Position numbers and translations under genes: made by a program. Shown here piece by piece: positions 47,514 to 63,356 of a stretch of DNA of 64,000 nt. Every line of letters begins with the position of its first letter. The stretch's first letter is position 1. This DNA is from Escherichia coli (GTDB taxonomy: Bacteria > Pseudomonadota > Gammaproteobacteria > Enterobacterales > Enterobacteriaceae): NCBI RefSeq assembly GCF_003334765.1, contig NZ_QOWT01000009.1, one strand, 5' to 3'. The notes below the pieces were generated by a model. The model searched no databases, was not told the DNA's origin, and saw nothing but the letters and a program-made list of their open reading frames with translations.

Positions 47514-49145
47514 TTAATACTCGTCCCGTCCTTCATCTTCATCCGGCTGTTCCAGCACACTGTAAGCCACCGAACAAAACAGCGAGTTCAGGCGCTGCAT
47601 ATCTCCCAGTAAGCCTAAATGTAGCGAACTGGTTTCAATGCTCTGCACGTTTTGCTGATGCAGGCGATCGACGTGGGCGTGGGAATAGCGGCGATTAAGA
47701 ATGCGAAAACGATGTTTGCTGCGACGCAAACGACGAGCGCTGGTGACATCGCCAGAGAAGAACACCGACATTGCCAGCTTTAAATTACTGAGCAATTGCT
47801 CATAGAGCGCATCCAGTTCCTTCAACCCATCAAGCGAAAATGCCCGCCGTGCTGCCAGTGATTTGTCAGCAATTTCGCTGCCCATGCGCTCGACGATATC
47901 GGAGGCCTGTTCAAGGTTGAGCGACATTTCGATGATCTCTGCCCAGCGGCGCGACTCTTCCTCCGCCAGCTCTTCTTTTGGCATCCGCGCCAGATACAGC
48001 TTAATGGCGGTGTAGAGAACGTTGATATCATCTGCCAGCTTACGCAGCTCTTTCTCCTGCCGTGGCTCACCGTGCATCACTTTATTCAACCCTTCCATCA
48101 TCTGTTCCATGGCGTCGCCAATGCGCAGGGTTTCGCGCGCGGCGTTCGCCAGAGCAAGCGTGGGCGTATCCAGCGCGCTGACATCCAGATGTTTAGGCCG
48201 TAGCTGGGTATCCAGTTCCGGTTCATCGCGAATAATCGTTTTGCAAAACCGTGCCATCGGGTCAACAAATGGCAGCATGACCAGGCAACGTACAAGGTTG
48301 TAGAAGACGTGGAAATAGATCACCAGTTCCGCTTTTGGCAATGACAACTTCCCCATTGTCTCTGCCAGCAAATGGACAAACGGCAGGATAATCAGGCTAC
48401 CCACCAGCTTAAACAGCAGACTACCCAGCGCGACACGGCGGGCTGCGGCATTGGCGGCACTGTTGTTGAGCATTGCCAGCAGACCGGAACCGAGGTTAGC
48501 ACCAATCACCAGACAGAGCGCCACGGGGAAGGAGATAATGCCTGCGGCGGTCAGAGTCGCGGTCAGCAGTACAGCAGCAAGGCTGGAGTAGCTGATAATG
48601 GCGAACATCGCGCCAATCAGCGCATCCAGCAGAATATCGCCGGTCAGCGAGGCAAAGATCACCTGAACGCCGTTTGCCTGGGTGATCGGCGTTACGGCCT
48701 GCACAATCAACTCCAGCGCTAGCAAAATCAGCCCAAGACCAATACCGACGCGGCCCAGTTGCCCGGCGCGTGACTGTTTGCGTCCGAGGAAAAAAATCAC
48801 GCCGATAAAAATAAGTAACGGTGACAGCCAGGATAAGTCGAAGGTGAGAATACGCGCCATTAGCGCCGTCCCGACATCTGCACCCAGCACAATGACCAGA
48901 GCCGGTGCGAGGGCTACCAGATCCTGAGCGACAAACGAGGTCACCAGCATGGTGGTGGCATTACTGCTCTGTACCAGTGCGGTAACGCCGATCCCCGCGC
49001 AAAAGGCGAGCGGCTTTTTTTCGACGCTCCGGCTAAGGACAGTACGCAAACGCGCGCCGAAGACGCGCATTACGCCGGTTCGAACAATATGAGTCCCCCA
49101 GACCAGCAGGGCGACGGCAGAAAGCAGGTGAAGCAGCGTTAACAC
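47514..49145 (-). CDS. yjbB: Na+/phosphate-cotransporter-family (PNaS) membrane protein with PhoU-like C-terminal region (543 aa)
   Basis: Track ORF 543 aa MLTLLHLLSAVALLVWGTHIVRTGVMRVFGARLR... Confidence 0.93.
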   Translation of the reverse strand: MLTLLHLLSAVALLVWGTHIVRTGVMRVFGARLRTVLSRSVEKKPLAFCAGIGVTALVQSSNATTMLVTSFVAQDLVALAPALVIVLGADVGTALMARILTFDLSWLSPLLIFIGVIFFLGRKQSRAGQLGRVGIGLGLILLALELIVQAVTPITQANGVQVIFASLTGDILLDALIGAMFAIISYSSLAAVLLTATLTAAGIISFPVALCLVIGANLGSGLLAMLNNSAANAAARRVALGSLLFKLVGSLIILPFVHLLAETMGKLSLPKAELVIYFHVFYNLVRCLVMLPFVDPMARFCKTIIRDEPELDTQLRPKHLDVSALDTPTLALANAARETLRIGDAMEQMMEGLNKVMHGEPRQEKELRKLADDINVLYTAIKLYLARMPKEELAEEESRRWAEIIEMSLNLEQASDIVERMGSEIADKSLAARRAFSLDGLKELDALYEQLLSNLKLAMSVFFSGDVTSARRLRRSKHRFRILNRRYSHAHVDRLHQQNVQSIETSSLHLGLLGDMQRLNSLFCSVAYSVLEQPDEDEGRDEY

Positions 49146-49364
49146 GAGTTCAGGTTCTCCTTATCGTTATATGTTCCTGAAGCAATTGAATGACCAAAGG
49201 ACCGGAAACACGCTGACTGGCATCTTTACTGTGCCTTTTGACATTCGTTTTTCCGGCTAAGATTATTCCAGCCTGTTTCCAGTATAAGTGTTTCATATTA
49301 ATAAAGAGACAGGGCACTCATTGAGCGCCCTGTTTGTTGTAAGGAAAAGTGACAGATTTGTGAA

Positions 49365-52300
49365 TCAGTCCGCGTCATACCCCAGATTCGGTGCCAGCCA
49401 GCGCTCAACTTCGGTAACGCTCATACCTTTACGGCGGGCATAATCTTCAACCTGATCGCGCTGAATTTGTGCTACAGCGTAGTACTTGCTGTCCGGGTGG
49501 CTGAAGTACCAACCCGAAACCGATGCACCGGGCCACATGGCGAAAGATTCTGTGAGTTTCATGCCAGTGTGTTTTTCCACTTCCAGCAGCTCCCAGATGG
49601 TGGCTTTTTCCGTATGTTCCGGGCAGGCCGGATAGCCCGGTGCCGGACGGATGCCCTGGTAGTTTTCGCGGATCAGCTCTTCGTTGCTGAGGTTCTCGTT
49701 CGGCGCATAGCCCCAGTAGACTTTACGCACACGCTCATGGAGATACTCCGCAAAGGCTTCGGCTAAACGGTCGGCAAGCGCTTTCACCATGATTTTGTTG
49801 TAATCATCGTGCTGCGCTTCAAAGGCATCAGCCAGTGCGTCCTCTTCCAGCCCGCCAGTCACGGCAAATGCGCCGATGTAATCTGCTTTACCAGAAAGCT
49901 TCGGCGCAACGAAGTCAGCGAGACAGTAGTTAGCGAAGCCTGTTTTTTCGGTCTGTTGACGCAGATGGTGGCTGACGTTGATCACATGGGTACGCGTTTC
50001 GTCACGGTAGATTTCAATGTCATCGCCCACACGGTTTGCCGGGAACAGGCCCACCACGCCACGCGGATTCAGCGTTTTCTCGGCGCTTAATTTATCCAGC
50101 ATGTCGTTGGCGTCTTTAAACAGCCGCTGCGCCTCAACGCCCACCACTTCATCTTCCAGAATGCGCGGATACTTCCCGGCCAGCGACCAGGTCATAAAGA
50201 ACGGTGTCCAGTCGATGTAATTACGCAGCGTTTCGATGCTGGCTTCGACTTCCTGCACGCCGAGACGGTGCGCCACCGGCGGCGTGTAAGCCTGCCAGTC
50301 AAAAGCGAAATCGTTATCGCGCGCCGCTTCCAGCGTGACCGGTGGTGTGCGCGGTTTCTTGCGCCCGTGCTGAATACGTACGGTTTCGTACTCCTTGCGG
50401 GTACGAGCGACAAAATCATCACGCTGGGTATCGGAAAGCAGCGCCGCCACCACACCAACGGTACGCGAGGCATTCTGCACATACACCGTCGGGCCGCTGT
50501 AGTTCTGCTCGATTTTCACCGCCGTGTGCGCTTTTGAGGTCGTCGCGCCGCCAATCAGTAACGGAATAGTGAAGCCCTGACGCTCCATCTCTTTCGCCAC
50601 GTTAACCATCTCGTCCAGCGACGGCGTGATAAGCCCCGAAAGGCCAATCAGATCAGCATTCACTTCTTTAGCGGTACGGAGAATTTTTTCCGCAGGCACC
50701 ATAACGCCGAGATCGACAATTTCGTAGTTGTTACATTGCAGCACCACACCAACGATATTTTTACCGATGTCGTGGACGTCGCCCTTCACGGTGGCGATCA
50801 CCATCTTGCCGTTGGTTTTGCCCTGCTCTTTGCTGGCTTCAATAAACGGTTCGAGGTAGGCCACCGCCTGTTTCATGACGCGCGCCGATTTGACCACCTG
50901 TGGCAGGAACATTTTCCCTTCGCCAAACAGGTCGCCGACCACATTCATGCCGTCCATCAACGGGCCTTCAATCACTTCAATCGGGCGCGTAGCCTGCTGG
51001 CGGGCTTCTTCGGTATCCTGCTCGATAAACTCGGTAATGCCTTTGACCAGCGAGTATTCCAGACGTTTATTCACTTCCCACGAGCGCCACTCCGCCTGCT
51101 GGGCGTTGGCGGTGTCGTCGGTTTTGCTGCCGCGATATTTCTCGGCAAGCTCCAGTAAACGCTCGGTGCCATCGTCGCGACGATTAAGAATCACATCTTC
51201 CACCGCGTCGCACAGTTCAGCGGGTAGGTCGTCGTAAATCGCCAGTTGCCCGGCGTTGACGATCCCCATATCCATGCCATTGCGAATAGCGTAGTAGAGG
51301 AACACTGCGTGAATGGCTTCGCGCACCGGATCGTTGCCACGGAACGAGAAAGAAACGTTAGATACGCCGCCGGAAATCAGCGCGTGCGGCAGTTCGCGTT
51401 TGATGTCTTCACACGCGCCGATAAAGTCCTGCGCGTAGTTGTTGTGCTCTTCAATGCCAGTTGCGACCGCGAAGATGTTTGGGTCGAAGATGATATCTTC
51501 TGGCGGGAAGCCAACCTCTTCGGTGAGGATTTTGTACGCCCGACGGCAAATCTCGATTTTCCGTGCGCGAGTATCGGCCTGTCCCTGTTCGTCAAAGGCC
51601 ATTACCACCACTGCCGCACCGTAGCGACGCAACAATTTCGCGTGATGGATAAAGGCATCGACGCCCTCTTTCATCGAGATAGAGTTAACAATGCCTTTGC
51701 CCTGGATACACTTCAGACCTTTTTCAATGACGTCCCATTTTGAGGAGTCGATCATAATCGGCACGCGAGCGATATCCGGTTCACCGGCAATCAGATTGAG
51801 AAAACGCACCATCGCCGCTTCGGCATCGAGCATCCCTTCATCCATGTTGATATCGATAATCTGCGCGCCGTTTTCCACCTGTTGACGCGCGACATCCAGC
51901 GCCTCGCTGTATTTCTCTTCTTTGATCAGGCGCTTGAACTTAGCGGAACCGGTGACGTTGGTGCGTTCACCCACGTTCACAAACAGGCTATCTTCGCCAA
52001 TGTTCAGCGGCTCCAGGCCGGACAAACGGCAGGCTACGGGAATTTCCGGCAGTTTGCGCGGCGCTAATCCTTCTACTGCACGACTCATCGCTGCAATATG
52101 TTGTGGCGTGGTGCCACAGCAGCCGCCGACGATATTGAGAAAACCCGCTTGCGCCCATTCACGTATCTGTTTTGCCATCGTGTCGGCGTCGAGATCGTAC
52201 TCACCAAAGGCGTTGGGTAGCCCGGCGTTCGGGTGCGCGGTGACGTAGCATTCCGCAATCCGTGACAGCTCCTGCACGTACTGGCGCAGTTCATCGGGCC

Positions 52301-53048
52301 CCAGCGCACAGTTCAGGCCAAAGGTCAGAGCTTCGGCGTGGCGCAATGAGTTGTAAAATGCTTCGGTGGTCTGCCCGGAGAGCGTGCGCCCGGAGGCGTC
52401 GGTGATGGTGCCGGAGATCATAATCGGCAGCTCAACGCCCAGCGCTTCAAACTCCGTTTTCACCGCAAATACCGCCGCTTTGGCGTTAAGGGTGTCGAAA
52501 ACGGTTTCAATCAGGATCAGATCCGCGCCACCTTCCACCAGCGCTTTGGTGGACTCTCGATAAGCCGCCACCAGCCCGTCAAAAGTGATATTACGAAATG
52601 CCGGATCGTTGACGTCCGGAGAAATAGACGCCGTGCGGTTGGTCGGGCCGAGAACACCGGCAACGTAGCGCGGTTTCTCTGGCGTGCGCGCGGTCCACTC
52701 GTCAGCACAAGCTCGCGCCAGTTTCGCCGCCGCAAAGTTGATTTCCGCCGACAGGGATTCCATCTGGTAATCCGCCATCGCAATGGTCGTGGAGTTGAAG
52801 GTGTTGGTTTCGATGATATCCGCGCCCGCTTCAAAGTAGGCGTTGTGGATAGCGGCGATCACTTCCGGTTTACTGAGTACCAGCAGGTCGTTGTTGCCTT
52901 TGAGGTCGCATGGCCAGTCGGCAAAGCGTTCACCACGAAAATCGGCTTCGTTCAGTCGATAACTCTGGATCATGGTGCCCATACCGCCGTCCAGCACCAG
53001 AATACGTTCATTTAACTGCGCACGCAGTTGTTCCACTTTGCTGCTCAC
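49365..53048 (-). CDS. metH: cobalamin-dependent methionine synthase (1227 aa), GTG start
   Basis: Track ORF 49365..53069 starts at TTG; N-terminus (M)[21 protein letters not shown] begins at GTG 53048-53046; cobalamin-binding [14 protein letters not shown] motif. Confidence 0.97.
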   Translation of the reverse strand: MSSKVEQLRAQLNERILVLDGGMGTMIQSYRLNEADFRGERFADWPCDLKGNNDLLVLSKPEVIAAIHNAYFEAGADIIETNTFNSTTIAMADYQMESLSAEINFAAAKLARACADEWTARTPEKPRYVAGVLGPTNRTASISPDVNDPAFRNITFDGLVAAYRESTKALVEGGADLILIETVFDTLNAKAAVFAVKTEFEALGVELPIMISGTITDASGRTLSGQTTEAFYNSLRHAEALTFGLNCALGPDELRQYVQELSRIAECYVTAHPNAGLPNAFGEYDLDADTMAKQIREWAQAGFLNIVGGCCGTTPQHIAAMSRAVEGLAPRKLPEIPVACRLSGLEPLNIGEDSLFVNVGERTNVTGSAKFKRLIKEEKYSEALDVARQQVENGAQIIDINMDEGMLDAEAAMVRFLNLIAGEPDIARVPIMIDSSKWDVIEKGLKCIQGKGIVNSISMKEGVDAFIHHAKLLRRYGAAVVVMAFDEQGQADTRARKIEICRRAYKILTEEVGFPPEDIIFDPNIFAVATGIEEHNNYAQDFIGACEDIKRELPHALISGGVSNVSFSFRGNDPVREAIHAVFLYYAIRNGMDMGIVNAGQLAIYDDLPAELCDAVEDVILNRRDDGTERLLELAEKYRGSKTDDTANAQQAEWRSWEVNKRLEYSLVKGITEFIEQDTEEARQQATRPIEVIEGPLMDGMNVVGDLFGEGKMFLPQVVKSARVMKQAVAYLEPFIEASKEQGKTNGKMVIATVKGDVHDIGKNIVGVVLQCNNYEIVDLGVMVPAEKILRTAKEVNADLIGLSGLITPSLDEMVNVAKEMERQGFTIPLLIGGATTSKAHTAVKIEQNYSGPTVYVQNASRTVGVVAALLSDTQRDDFVARTRKEYETVRIQHGRKKPRTPPVTLEAARDNDFAFDWQAYTPPVAHRLGVQEVEASIETLRNYIDWTPFFMTWSLAGKYPRILEDEVVGVEAQRLFKDANDMLDKLSAEKTLNPRGVVGLFPANRVGDDIEIYRDETRTHVINVSHHLRQQTEKTGFANYCLADFVAPKLSGKADYIGAFAVTGGLEEDALADAFEAQHDDYNKIMVKALADRLAEAFAEYLHERVRKVYWGYAPNENLSNEELIRENYQGIRPAPGYPACPEHTEKATIWELLEVEKHTGMKLTESFAMWPGASVSGWYFSHPDSKYYAVAQIQRDQVEDYARRKGMSVTEVERWLAPNLGYDAD

Positions 53049-53209
53049 ACTTGCTCCCGACACGCTCAACCCAGATTTAATAAAAATTCAACAAACCATA
53101 CTGGCATAAACGCATCTGTGGTAAAAGCGACCACCACGCAACATGAGATTTGTTCAACATTAACTCATCGGATCAGTTCAGTAACTATTGCATTAGCTAA
53201 CAATAAAAA

Positions 53210-53224
53210 TGAAAATGATTTCCA
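53210..53224 (+). promoter_or_regulatory. IclR-box-like palindrome in the iclR promoter (autoregulation site candidate)
   Basis: TGAAAATGATTTCCA, near-palindrome of the TGGAAAT-N-ATTTCCA type, 24 bp upstream of iclR ATG. Confidence 0.6.
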
Positions 53225-53247
53225 CGATACAGAAAAAGGAGACTGTC

Positions 53248-54072
53248 ATGGTCGCACCCATTCCCGCGAAACGCGGCAGAAAACCCGCCGTTGCCACCGC
53301 ACCAGCGACTGGACAGGTTCAGTCTTTAACGCGTGGCCTGAAATTACTGGAGTGGATTGCCGAATCCAATGGCAGTGTGGCACTCACGGAACTGGCGCAA
53401 CAAGCCGGGTTACCCAATTCCACGACCCACCGCCTGCTAACCACGATGCAACAGCAGGGTTTCGTGCGTCAGGTTGGCGAACTGGGACATTGGGCAATCG
53501 GCGCACATGCCTTTATGGTCGGCAGCAGCTTTCTCCAGAGCCGTAATTTGTTAGCGATTGTTCACCCTATCCTGCGCAATCTAATGGAAGAGTCTGGCGA
53601 AACGGTCAATATGGCGGTGCTTGATCAAAGCGATCACGAAGCGATTATTATCGACCAGGTACAGTGTACGCATCTGATGCGAATGTCCGCGCCTATCGGC
53701 GGTAAATTGCCGATGCACGCTTCCGGTGCGGGTAAAGCCTTTTTAGCCCAACTGAGCGAAGAACAGGTGACGAAGCTGCTGCACCGCAAAGGGTTACATG
53801 CCTATACCCACGCAACGCTGGTGTCTCCTGTGCATTTAAAAGAAGATCTCGCCCAAACGCGCAAACGGGGTTATTCATTTGACGATGAGGAACATGCACT
53901 GGGGCTACGTTGCCTTGCAGCGTGTATTTTCGATGAGCACCGTGAACCGTTTGCCGCAATTTCTATTTCCGGACCGATTTCACGTATTACCGATGACCGC
54001 GTGACCGAGTTTGGCGCGATGGTGATTAAAGCGGCGAAGGAAGTGACGCTGGCGTACGGTGGAATGCGCTGA
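53248..54072 (+). CDS. iclR: glyoxylate-shunt repressor (274 aa)
   Basis: ATG at 53248 with AAGGAG SD inside track ORF 53209..54072 gives MVAPIPAKRGRKPAVATAPATGQVQSLTRGLKLLEWIAES... Confidence 0.97.
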   Translation: MVAPIPAKRGRKPAVATAPATGQVQSLTRGLKLLEWIAESNGSVALTELAQQAGLPNSTTHRLLTTMQQQGFVRQVGELGHWAIGAHAFMVGSSFLQSRNLLAIVHPILRNLMEESGETVNMAVLDQSDHEAIIIDQVQCTHLMRMSAPIGGKLPMHASGAGKAFLAQLSEEQVTKLLHRKGLHAYTHATLVSPVHLKEDLAQTRKRGYSFDDEEHALGLRCLAACIFDEHREPFAAISISGPISRITDDRVTEFGAMVIKAAKEVTLAYGGMR

Positions 54073-54388
54073 CTTTTTCTGGCGGGCAGAGGCAATATTC
54101 TGCCCATCATACCTGAGTGGCAATAGAATAAGGGTGTCTGTTAATCGCATTGACGCCAAAATAACTTAATGTCATACACTTCACACACTTTTATTAACTC
54201 AGCATTATTTTTAAACATCAAACCACTTAATTATTAACAAAATCGCAAGATCTCATTCCACCGAAACTTTTACGGCTGCATTATGAGATTGAGCGATTTA
54301 TGATATTTATTTAGTTGTAATCATATTAAATTTTTTCACTGTTCTGATAGTTAAAATTCAAGACATCAATAAACAATGAGATATTTAA

Positions 54389-58280
<3,892 letters not shown>

Positions 58281-58298
58281 TTAGCGCCCTCATCAGGA

Positions 58299-58555
58299 GC
58301 AGAGAATTGCCGGATGCGGCGTAAACGCCTTATCCAGCCTACGTTCGGCAACGGTTGTAGGCATGATAAGACGCGCAAGCGTCGCATCAGGCATCGTGCA
58401 CCGATTGCCGGATGCGGCGTAAATGCCTTATCCGGCCTACGTTCGGCAACGGCTGTAGGCATGATAAGACGCGCAAGCGTCGCATCAGGCATCGTGCACC
58501 GATTGCCGGATGCGGCGTGAACGCCTTATCCGGCCTACAGTCAGCAACGGTTGTT
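58299..58555. repeat. tandem BIME array (about 2.5 copies of a 98-bp unit, each with a REP pair) in the aceA-aceK intergenic region
   Basis: Unit ttgccggatgcggcgtaaacgccttatcc(a/g)gcctacgttcggcaacgg(t/c)tgtaggcatgataagacgcgcaagcgtcgcatcaggcatcgtgcaccga starts at 58307, 58405 and 58503 (third truncated); 3 mismatches between copies 1 and 2. Confidence 0.95.
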
Positions 58556-58560
58556 GTTGC

Positions 58561-59865
58561 TTAGAACTGCGATTCTTCAGTGGAGCCGGTCAGCGCGGTG
58601 ACTGAAGACGTGCCGCCCTGAATAATAGTCGTCACTTTATCGAAGTAACCTGTACCCACTTCCTGCTGGTGAGATACGAAGGTATAGCCATCTTTCGCGG
58701 CGGCAAATTCCGGCTGCTGCACTTTCTCAACGTAGTGCTTCATACCCTCGCCCTGGGCATAGGCGTTTGCCAGGTCAAACATGTTGAACCACATGCTGTG
58801 GATACCTGCCAGGGTGATGAACTGGAACTTGTAGCCCATATCCGACAGCTGCTGCTGGAAGCTGGCAATAGTTTTGTCGTCGAGGTTTTTCTGCCAGTTG
58901 AACGACGGCGAGCAGTTATAAGCCAGCAGTTTGCCCGGATATTTCGCGTGGATAGCTTGTGCAAAGCGACGCGCCAGTTCCAGATCCGGCGTGGAGGTTT
59001 CACACCAGACCAGGTCAGCATATGGCGCATACGCCAGGCCACGGCTGATCGCTTGCTCAATGCCCGCATGAGTACGGAAGAAGCCTTCACTGGTACGCTC
59101 GCCGGTAATAAATTCGCTGTCATACGGGTCGCAATCGGAGGTGATCAGATCCGCCGCATCAGCATCGGTACGGGCAACCAGCAGGGTTGGAACGCCCGTC
59201 ACGTCAGCTGCCAGACGCGCCGCGACCAGTTTCTGAATAGCTTCCTGAGTTGGCACTAAAACTTTGCCGCCCATGTGACCGCATTTCTTCACTGACGCCA
59301 GCTGATCTTCGAAGTGAACTGCCGCTGCACCGGCTTCAATCATCGCTTTCATCAGTTCAAAGGCATTCAGGACACCGCCAAAACCGGCTTCCGCATCGGC
59401 AACGATCGGCAGGAAGTAATCGACATAGCGCGGATCGCCCGGCTCAATGCCCGCGGACCATTGGATCTGATCGGCACGACGGAAGGTGTTGTTGATCCGC
59501 TCCACCACAGCTGGCACCGAGTTTGCCGGATAGAGCGACTGATCCGGATACATGCTGGCCGCCAGGTTAGCGTCCGCCGCTACCTGCCATCCCGACAGAT
59601 AGACTGCTTCAATACCCGCTTTCGCCTGTTGCAGCGCCTGACCGCCAGTCAGTGCGCCGAGGCTGTTGATGTAGCCTTTTTTCGACTCACCGTGCAGCAG
59701 ACGCCACATTTTCGCTGCGCCCAGTTGCGCCAGCGTGCATTCAGGATTGACTGAACCGCGTAATTTCACCACATCTTCCGCACTGTATGGGCGAGTAATG
59801 CCTTCCCAACGCGGTTGAGTCCACTCTTTCTGTAATTCTTCAATTTGTTGTGTACGGGTTTTCAT
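58561..59865 (-). CDS. aceA: isocitrate lyase (434 aa)
   Basis: ATG at 59865 inside track ORF 58561..59880 gives [38 protein letters not shown]...; catalytic loop KKCGHMGGK. Confidence 0.98.
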   Translation of the reverse strand: MKTRTQQIEELQKEWTQPRWEGITRPYSAEDVVKLRGSVNPECTLAQLGAAKMWRLLHGESKKGYINSLGALTGGQALQQAKAGIEAVYLSGWQVAADANLAASMYPDQSLYPANSVPAVVERINNTFRRADQIQWSAGIEPGDPRYVDYFLPIVADAEAGFGGVLNAFELMKAMIEAGAAAVHFEDQLASVKKCGHMGGKVLVPTQEAIQKLVAARLAADVTGVPTLLVARTDADAADLITSDCDPYDSEFITGERTSEGFFRTHAGIEQAISRGLAYAPYADLVWCETSTPDLELARRFAQAIHAKYPGKLLAYNCSPSFNWQKNLDDKTIASFQQQLSDMGYKFQFITLAGIHSMWFNMFDLANAYAQGEGMKHYVEKVQQPEFAAAKDGYTFVSHQQEVGTGYFDKVTTIIQGGTSSVTALTGSTEESQF

Positions 59866-59894
59866 GTGCAGATGCTCCATAGTTATGTGGTGGT

Positions 59895-61496
59895 TTACGC
59901 TAACAGGCGGTAGCCTGGCAGGGTCAGGAAATCAATTAACTCATCGGAAGTGGTGATCTGTTCCATCAAGCGTGCGGCATCGTCAAAACGCCCCTGGGAG
60001 AAACGTTCTTCGCCCAGTTCGCTGGCAATGACTTTCATCTCTTCGCCCAGCATCTGGCGGAACAAGGCTTTGGTCACCGGTTTGCCATTGCTCAACGTTT
60101 TTTGATGATGGATCCACTGCCAGATCGAGGTACGGGAAATTTCAGCCGTCGCCGCATCTTCCATCAGGCCATAAATCGGCACACAGCCGTTGCCAGAGAT
60201 CCACGCTTCGATGTACTGCACAGCCACGCGAATGTTGGCGCGCATACCTTCTTCGGTGCGTTCACCATCACAAGGTGCCAGCAGCTGATCGGCAGTAATC
60301 GGCGCGTCTTGTTCGCGCATCACTTCAAGCTGATTTTTACGGGAGCCGAGAATGTCGTTGAATACCGCCATTGCCGTGTCCGCAAGGCCTGGGTGAGCGA
60401 TCCATGTGCCATCGTGACCGTTATTGGCTTCCAGCGATTTATCCGCTTTTACTTTGTTGAGCACCTGGTTATTGTGCTCTTCATCTTTGCTCGGAATAAA
60501 CGCCGCCATGCCGCCCATCGCAAAAGCACCGCGTTTATGGCAGGTTTTAATCAACAGGCGTGAGTAAGCATTCAGGAATGGTTTATCCATCGTCACTGCC
60601 TGTCTGTCTGGCAGGACGCGATCGGGATAGTTTTTCAACGTTTTGATATAGCTGAAGATGTAATCCCAACGACCGCAGTTCAGACCAACAATATGGTCAC
60701 GCAGCGCGTGAAGGATTTCATCCATCTGGAACACGGCGGGCAGCGTTTCAATCAGCAACGTCGCCTTGATGGTGCCGCGCGGCAGATTAAAGCGATCTTC
60801 TGCATAGCTGAAGACTTCGCTCCACCAGGCCGCTTCCTGCCAGGACTGGGTTTTCGGCAGATAGAAATAGGGACCACTGCCCTTTGCCAACAGTGCCTGA
60901 TAGTTGTGGAAGAAATAGAGCGCAAAATCAAACAGGCTGCCGGGGATTGCCTCACCACGCCAGGTGACATGTTTTTCCGGCAAGTGCAGACCGCGTACCC
61001 GACAAATCAAAACCGCTGGATTGGGCTTGAGCTGGTAAATTTTGCCTGCTTCATTGGTGTAACTGATGGTGCCGTTAACCGCATCACGCAGGTTAATTTG
61101 CCCGTCGATCACTTTGTTCCAGTCTGGTGCCAGTGAATCTTCGAAATCGGCCATAAAGACTTTCACATTGGCGTTGAGCGCGTTGATCACCATCTTGCGC
61201 TCTACCGGGCCAGTTATCTCTACGCGGCGGTCTTCTAAGTCCGCAGGAATCCCGCGAATTTTCCAATCAGCATCGCGAATGGAAGCTGTTTCCGAAATAA
61301 AATCAGGCAACGTTCCGTTATCAATATCTTGCTGCTGCTGAATGCGCGCTGCCAGAAGTTTATTGCGTTGTGGCGTAAAATGCGTCACCAGCTCAGTCAG
61401 AAATTCTACCGCTTCGGCAGTAAGAATTTGCTTCTCCTGCTCGCCATACGGCCTTGTGAAAGCCAGTTCATCGGTTGTTGTTGCCTGTTCAGTCAT
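59895..61496 (-). CDS. aceB: malate synthase A (533 aa)
   Basis: ATG at 61496 inside track ORF 59895..61514 gives [33 protein letters not shown]... Confidence 0.98.
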   Translation of the reverse strand: MTEQATTTDELAFTRPYGEQEKQILTAEAVEFLTELVTHFTPQRNKLLAARIQQQQDIDNGTLPDFISETASIRDADWKIRGIPADLEDRRVEITGPVERKMVINALNANVKVFMADFEDSLAPDWNKVIDGQINLRDAVNGTISYTNEAGKIYQLKPNPAVLICRVRGLHLPEKHVTWRGEAIPGSLFDFALYFFHNYQALLAKGSGPYFYLPKTQSWQEAAWWSEVFSYAEDRFNLPRGTIKATLLIETLPAVFQMDEILHALRDHIVGLNCGRWDYIFSYIKTLKNYPDRVLPDRQAVTMDKPFLNAYSRLLIKTCHKRGAFAMGGMAAFIPSKDEEHNNQVLNKVKADKSLEANNGHDGTWIAHPGLADTAMAVFNDILGSRKNQLEVMREQDAPITADQLLAPCDGERTEEGMRANIRVAVQYIEAWISGNGCVPIYGLMEDAATAEISRTSIWQWIHHQKTLSNGKPVTKALFRQMLGEEMKVIASELGEERFSQGRFDDAARLMEQITTSDELIDFLTLPGYRLLA

Positions 61497-61589
61497 CGTG
61501 CAGCTCCTCGTCATGGATCCGAAAACTTCCCCACTGTGAACGAAGGATCGTTGTGCTCTTTTCGTTCAGCACAACTAAGACTACTCATT

Positions 61590-61620
61590 TAAAATGCAAA
61601 ATCAAAAACAATTTCCATTT
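61590..61620 (-). promoter_or_regulatory. aceBAK promoter region with IclR-operator-like half-palindrome
   Basis: Minus strand reads AAAATGGAAATTGTTTTTGATTTTGCATTTT; TGGAAAT matches the IclR box half-site, about 95-125 bp upstream of aceB ATG. Confidence 0.55.
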
Positions 61621-61695
61621 TAATTAAAAATACTTGATAACTTGTTGATAACAATATGAATAAAATTTATTCACCTGCTGAGGTACGTTTCGGAA

Positions 61696-61720
61696 ATAAA
61701 AAAGGCACCCGAAGGTGCCT
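61696..61720 (-). terminator. rho-independent terminator after metA
   Basis: Minus strand: GGCACC-ttcg-GGTGCC hairpin followed by TTTTTTATTT (forward A-run 61698-61703 precedes the hairpin). Confidence 0.8.
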
Positions 61721-61764
61721 GAGGTAAGGTGCTGAATCGCTTAACGATCGACTATCACAGAAGA

Positions 61765-62694
61765 TTAATCCAGCGTTGGATTCATGTGCCGTAGATCGTA
61801 TGGCGTGATCTGGTAGACGTAATAGTTGAGCCAGTTGGTAAACAGTAAATTACCGTGACTACGCCAGCTCGCTCGCGGTGTATTTTGCGGATCATTGTGC
61901 GGGAAATAGTTATACGGTACATCCGGGTCTAGTCCGGCTTCCACATCGCGGAAAAATTCCTGCGCCAGCGTTTGCGCATCATATTCGGGATGGCCCGTCA
62001 CAAAGGCAATGCGCTTATCTTTACTGGCAAACAGATATGCATCCCCTTCTTCCGTCTCTGCCAGAATTTCCAGATCGGTGTAATCACGAATCAACGCTGC
62101 CGGAAAGTCAGCATAGCGCGAATGCGGTGCCAGGAATGAATCATCAAAGCCACGCGTCAGAAGCGCATGAGGATGGAGAATATGATGCTCGTAAACGCCA
62201 GAGAGTTTGTCGGTGCGAGTTTGCTTAGGAATGCCGTAGAGGATATTGAGCGCGGCCTGTACCGCCCAGCAGACAAACAGCGTCGAGGTGACGTGATCTT
62301 TCGACCACTCCAGCACCTGTTTGATCTGCGGCCAGTAAGCGACATCATTAAACTCCACCAGGCCCAGCGGCGCACCAGTTACAATCAAACCGTCAAAGTT
62401 CTGATCCTGAATATCTTCAAAGTTACAGTAGAAGTTGTTCAGATGCTCTGCGGGCGTGTTGCGCGATTCACGGGAATCGATGCGCAACAGCTGAATATCG
62501 ACCTGCAAAGGTGAGTTTGAAAGCAGGCGCAGAAACTGATTTTCAGTTTCAATCTTCTTCGGCATCAGGTTAAGGATCAGAACCTTAAGTGGACGAATTT
62601 CCTGACCAGACGCACGAGAAGTTGTCATCACAAAGACGTTTTCTTCACGCAAGAAATTGACGGCGGGTAGCTCGTCCGGCACACGAATCGGCAT
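61765..62694 (-). CDS. metA: homoserine O-succinyltransferase (309 aa)
   Basis: Track ORF 309 aa [45 protein letters not shown]... Confidence 0.98.
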   Translation of the reverse strand: MPIRVPDELPAVNFLREENVFVMTTSRASGQEIRPLKVLILNLMPKKIETENQFLRLLSNSPLQVDIQLLRIDSRESRNTPAEHLNNFYCNFEDIQDQNFDGLIVTGAPLGLVEFNDVAYWPQIKQVLEWSKDHVTSTLFVCWAVQAALNILYGIPKQTRTDKLSGVYEHHILHPHALLTRGFDDSFLAPHSRYADFPAALIRDYTDLEILAETEEGDAYLFASKDKRIAFVTGHPEYDAQTLAQEFFRDVEAGLDPDVPYNYFPHNDPQNTPRASWRSHGNLLFTNWLNYYVYQITPYDLRHMNPTLD

Positions 62695-62721
62695 AACCTG
62701 ATTACCTCACTACATACGCTT

Positions 62722-62747
62722 ATACGTTTAGACATCCAGATAGCTGA
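62722..62747 (-). promoter_or_regulatory. candidate MetJ operator (three tandem degenerate met boxes) in metA promoter
   Basis: Minus strand AGCTATCT GGATGTCT AAACGTAT, each 5-6/8 match to AGACGTCT, 30-55 bp upstream of metA ATG. Confidence 0.45.
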
Positions 62748-62850
62748 AGATAACCAGAAAATTTGCCAATGTCGAGCCTGCATGTTGAAGGTGAGAAAGT
62801 TTCAAGGAAAAGACTACGTTAGAATATAAGAATGACTAAAAGGAGAGAAA

Positions 62851-63294
62851 ATGGTTATTAGTATTCGCCGCTCACGGCATGAGGAAGGGGAGGAACTCGT
62901 TGCGATTTGGTGTCGTTCTGTCGATGCCACTCACGATTTTCTATCAGCAGAGTATCGGACCGAGCTGGAGGACCTAGTTCGTTCCTTCCTGCCGGAAGCG
63001 CCGTTGTGGGTCGCGGTTAATGAGCGGGATCAGCCGGTTGGATTTATGTTGCTAAGTGGGCAGCATATGGATGCGCTGTTTATCGATCCTGATGTGCGCG
63101 GCTGCGGCGTAGGTCGGGTGCTGGTGGAGCATGCGCTCTCGATGGCACCGGAACTGACAACCAACGTTAATGAGCAAAATGAGCAGGCGGTTGGGTTCTA
63201 TAAGAAGGTGGGTTTTAAGGTTACGGGACGCTCTGAGGTGGACGATTTGGGGAAACCGTATCCGTTGCTGAATCTGGCGTATGTGGGGGCGTAG
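62851..63294 (+). CDS. yjaB: GNAT-family N-acetyltransferase (147 aa)
   Basis: Track ORF 147 aa MVISIRRSRHEEGEELVAIW...; acetyl-CoA binding motif RGCGVGRVLVEHAL; AGGAG SD. Confidence 0.93.
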   Translation: MVISIRRSRHEEGEELVAIWCRSVDATHDFLSAEYRTELEDLVRSFLPEAPLWVAVNERDQPVGFMLLSGQHMDALFIDPDVRGCGVGRVLVEHALSMAPELTTNVNEQNEQAVGFYKKVGFKVTGRSEVDDLGKPYPLLNLAYVGA

Positions 63295-63356
63295 GCGATT
63301 TTTTCTCATCCCGGTGGGCTGAACTTCAGGTTTAGTACCCACCAATGGTGACACGA

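Noticed and set aside
50736-51743. Series of plus-strand ORFs (140, 120 and 165 aa) inside metH
   Set aside because: All antisense to the 1227-aa metH frame, which is strongly supported by length and motifs.
58299-58555. Possible CRISPR array (regular GC-rich direct repeats)
   Set aside because: Repeat unit is 98 bp and internally palindromic with the REP consensus, with no unique spacers of uniform length and no cas genes nearby; this is a BIME array, not CRISPR.
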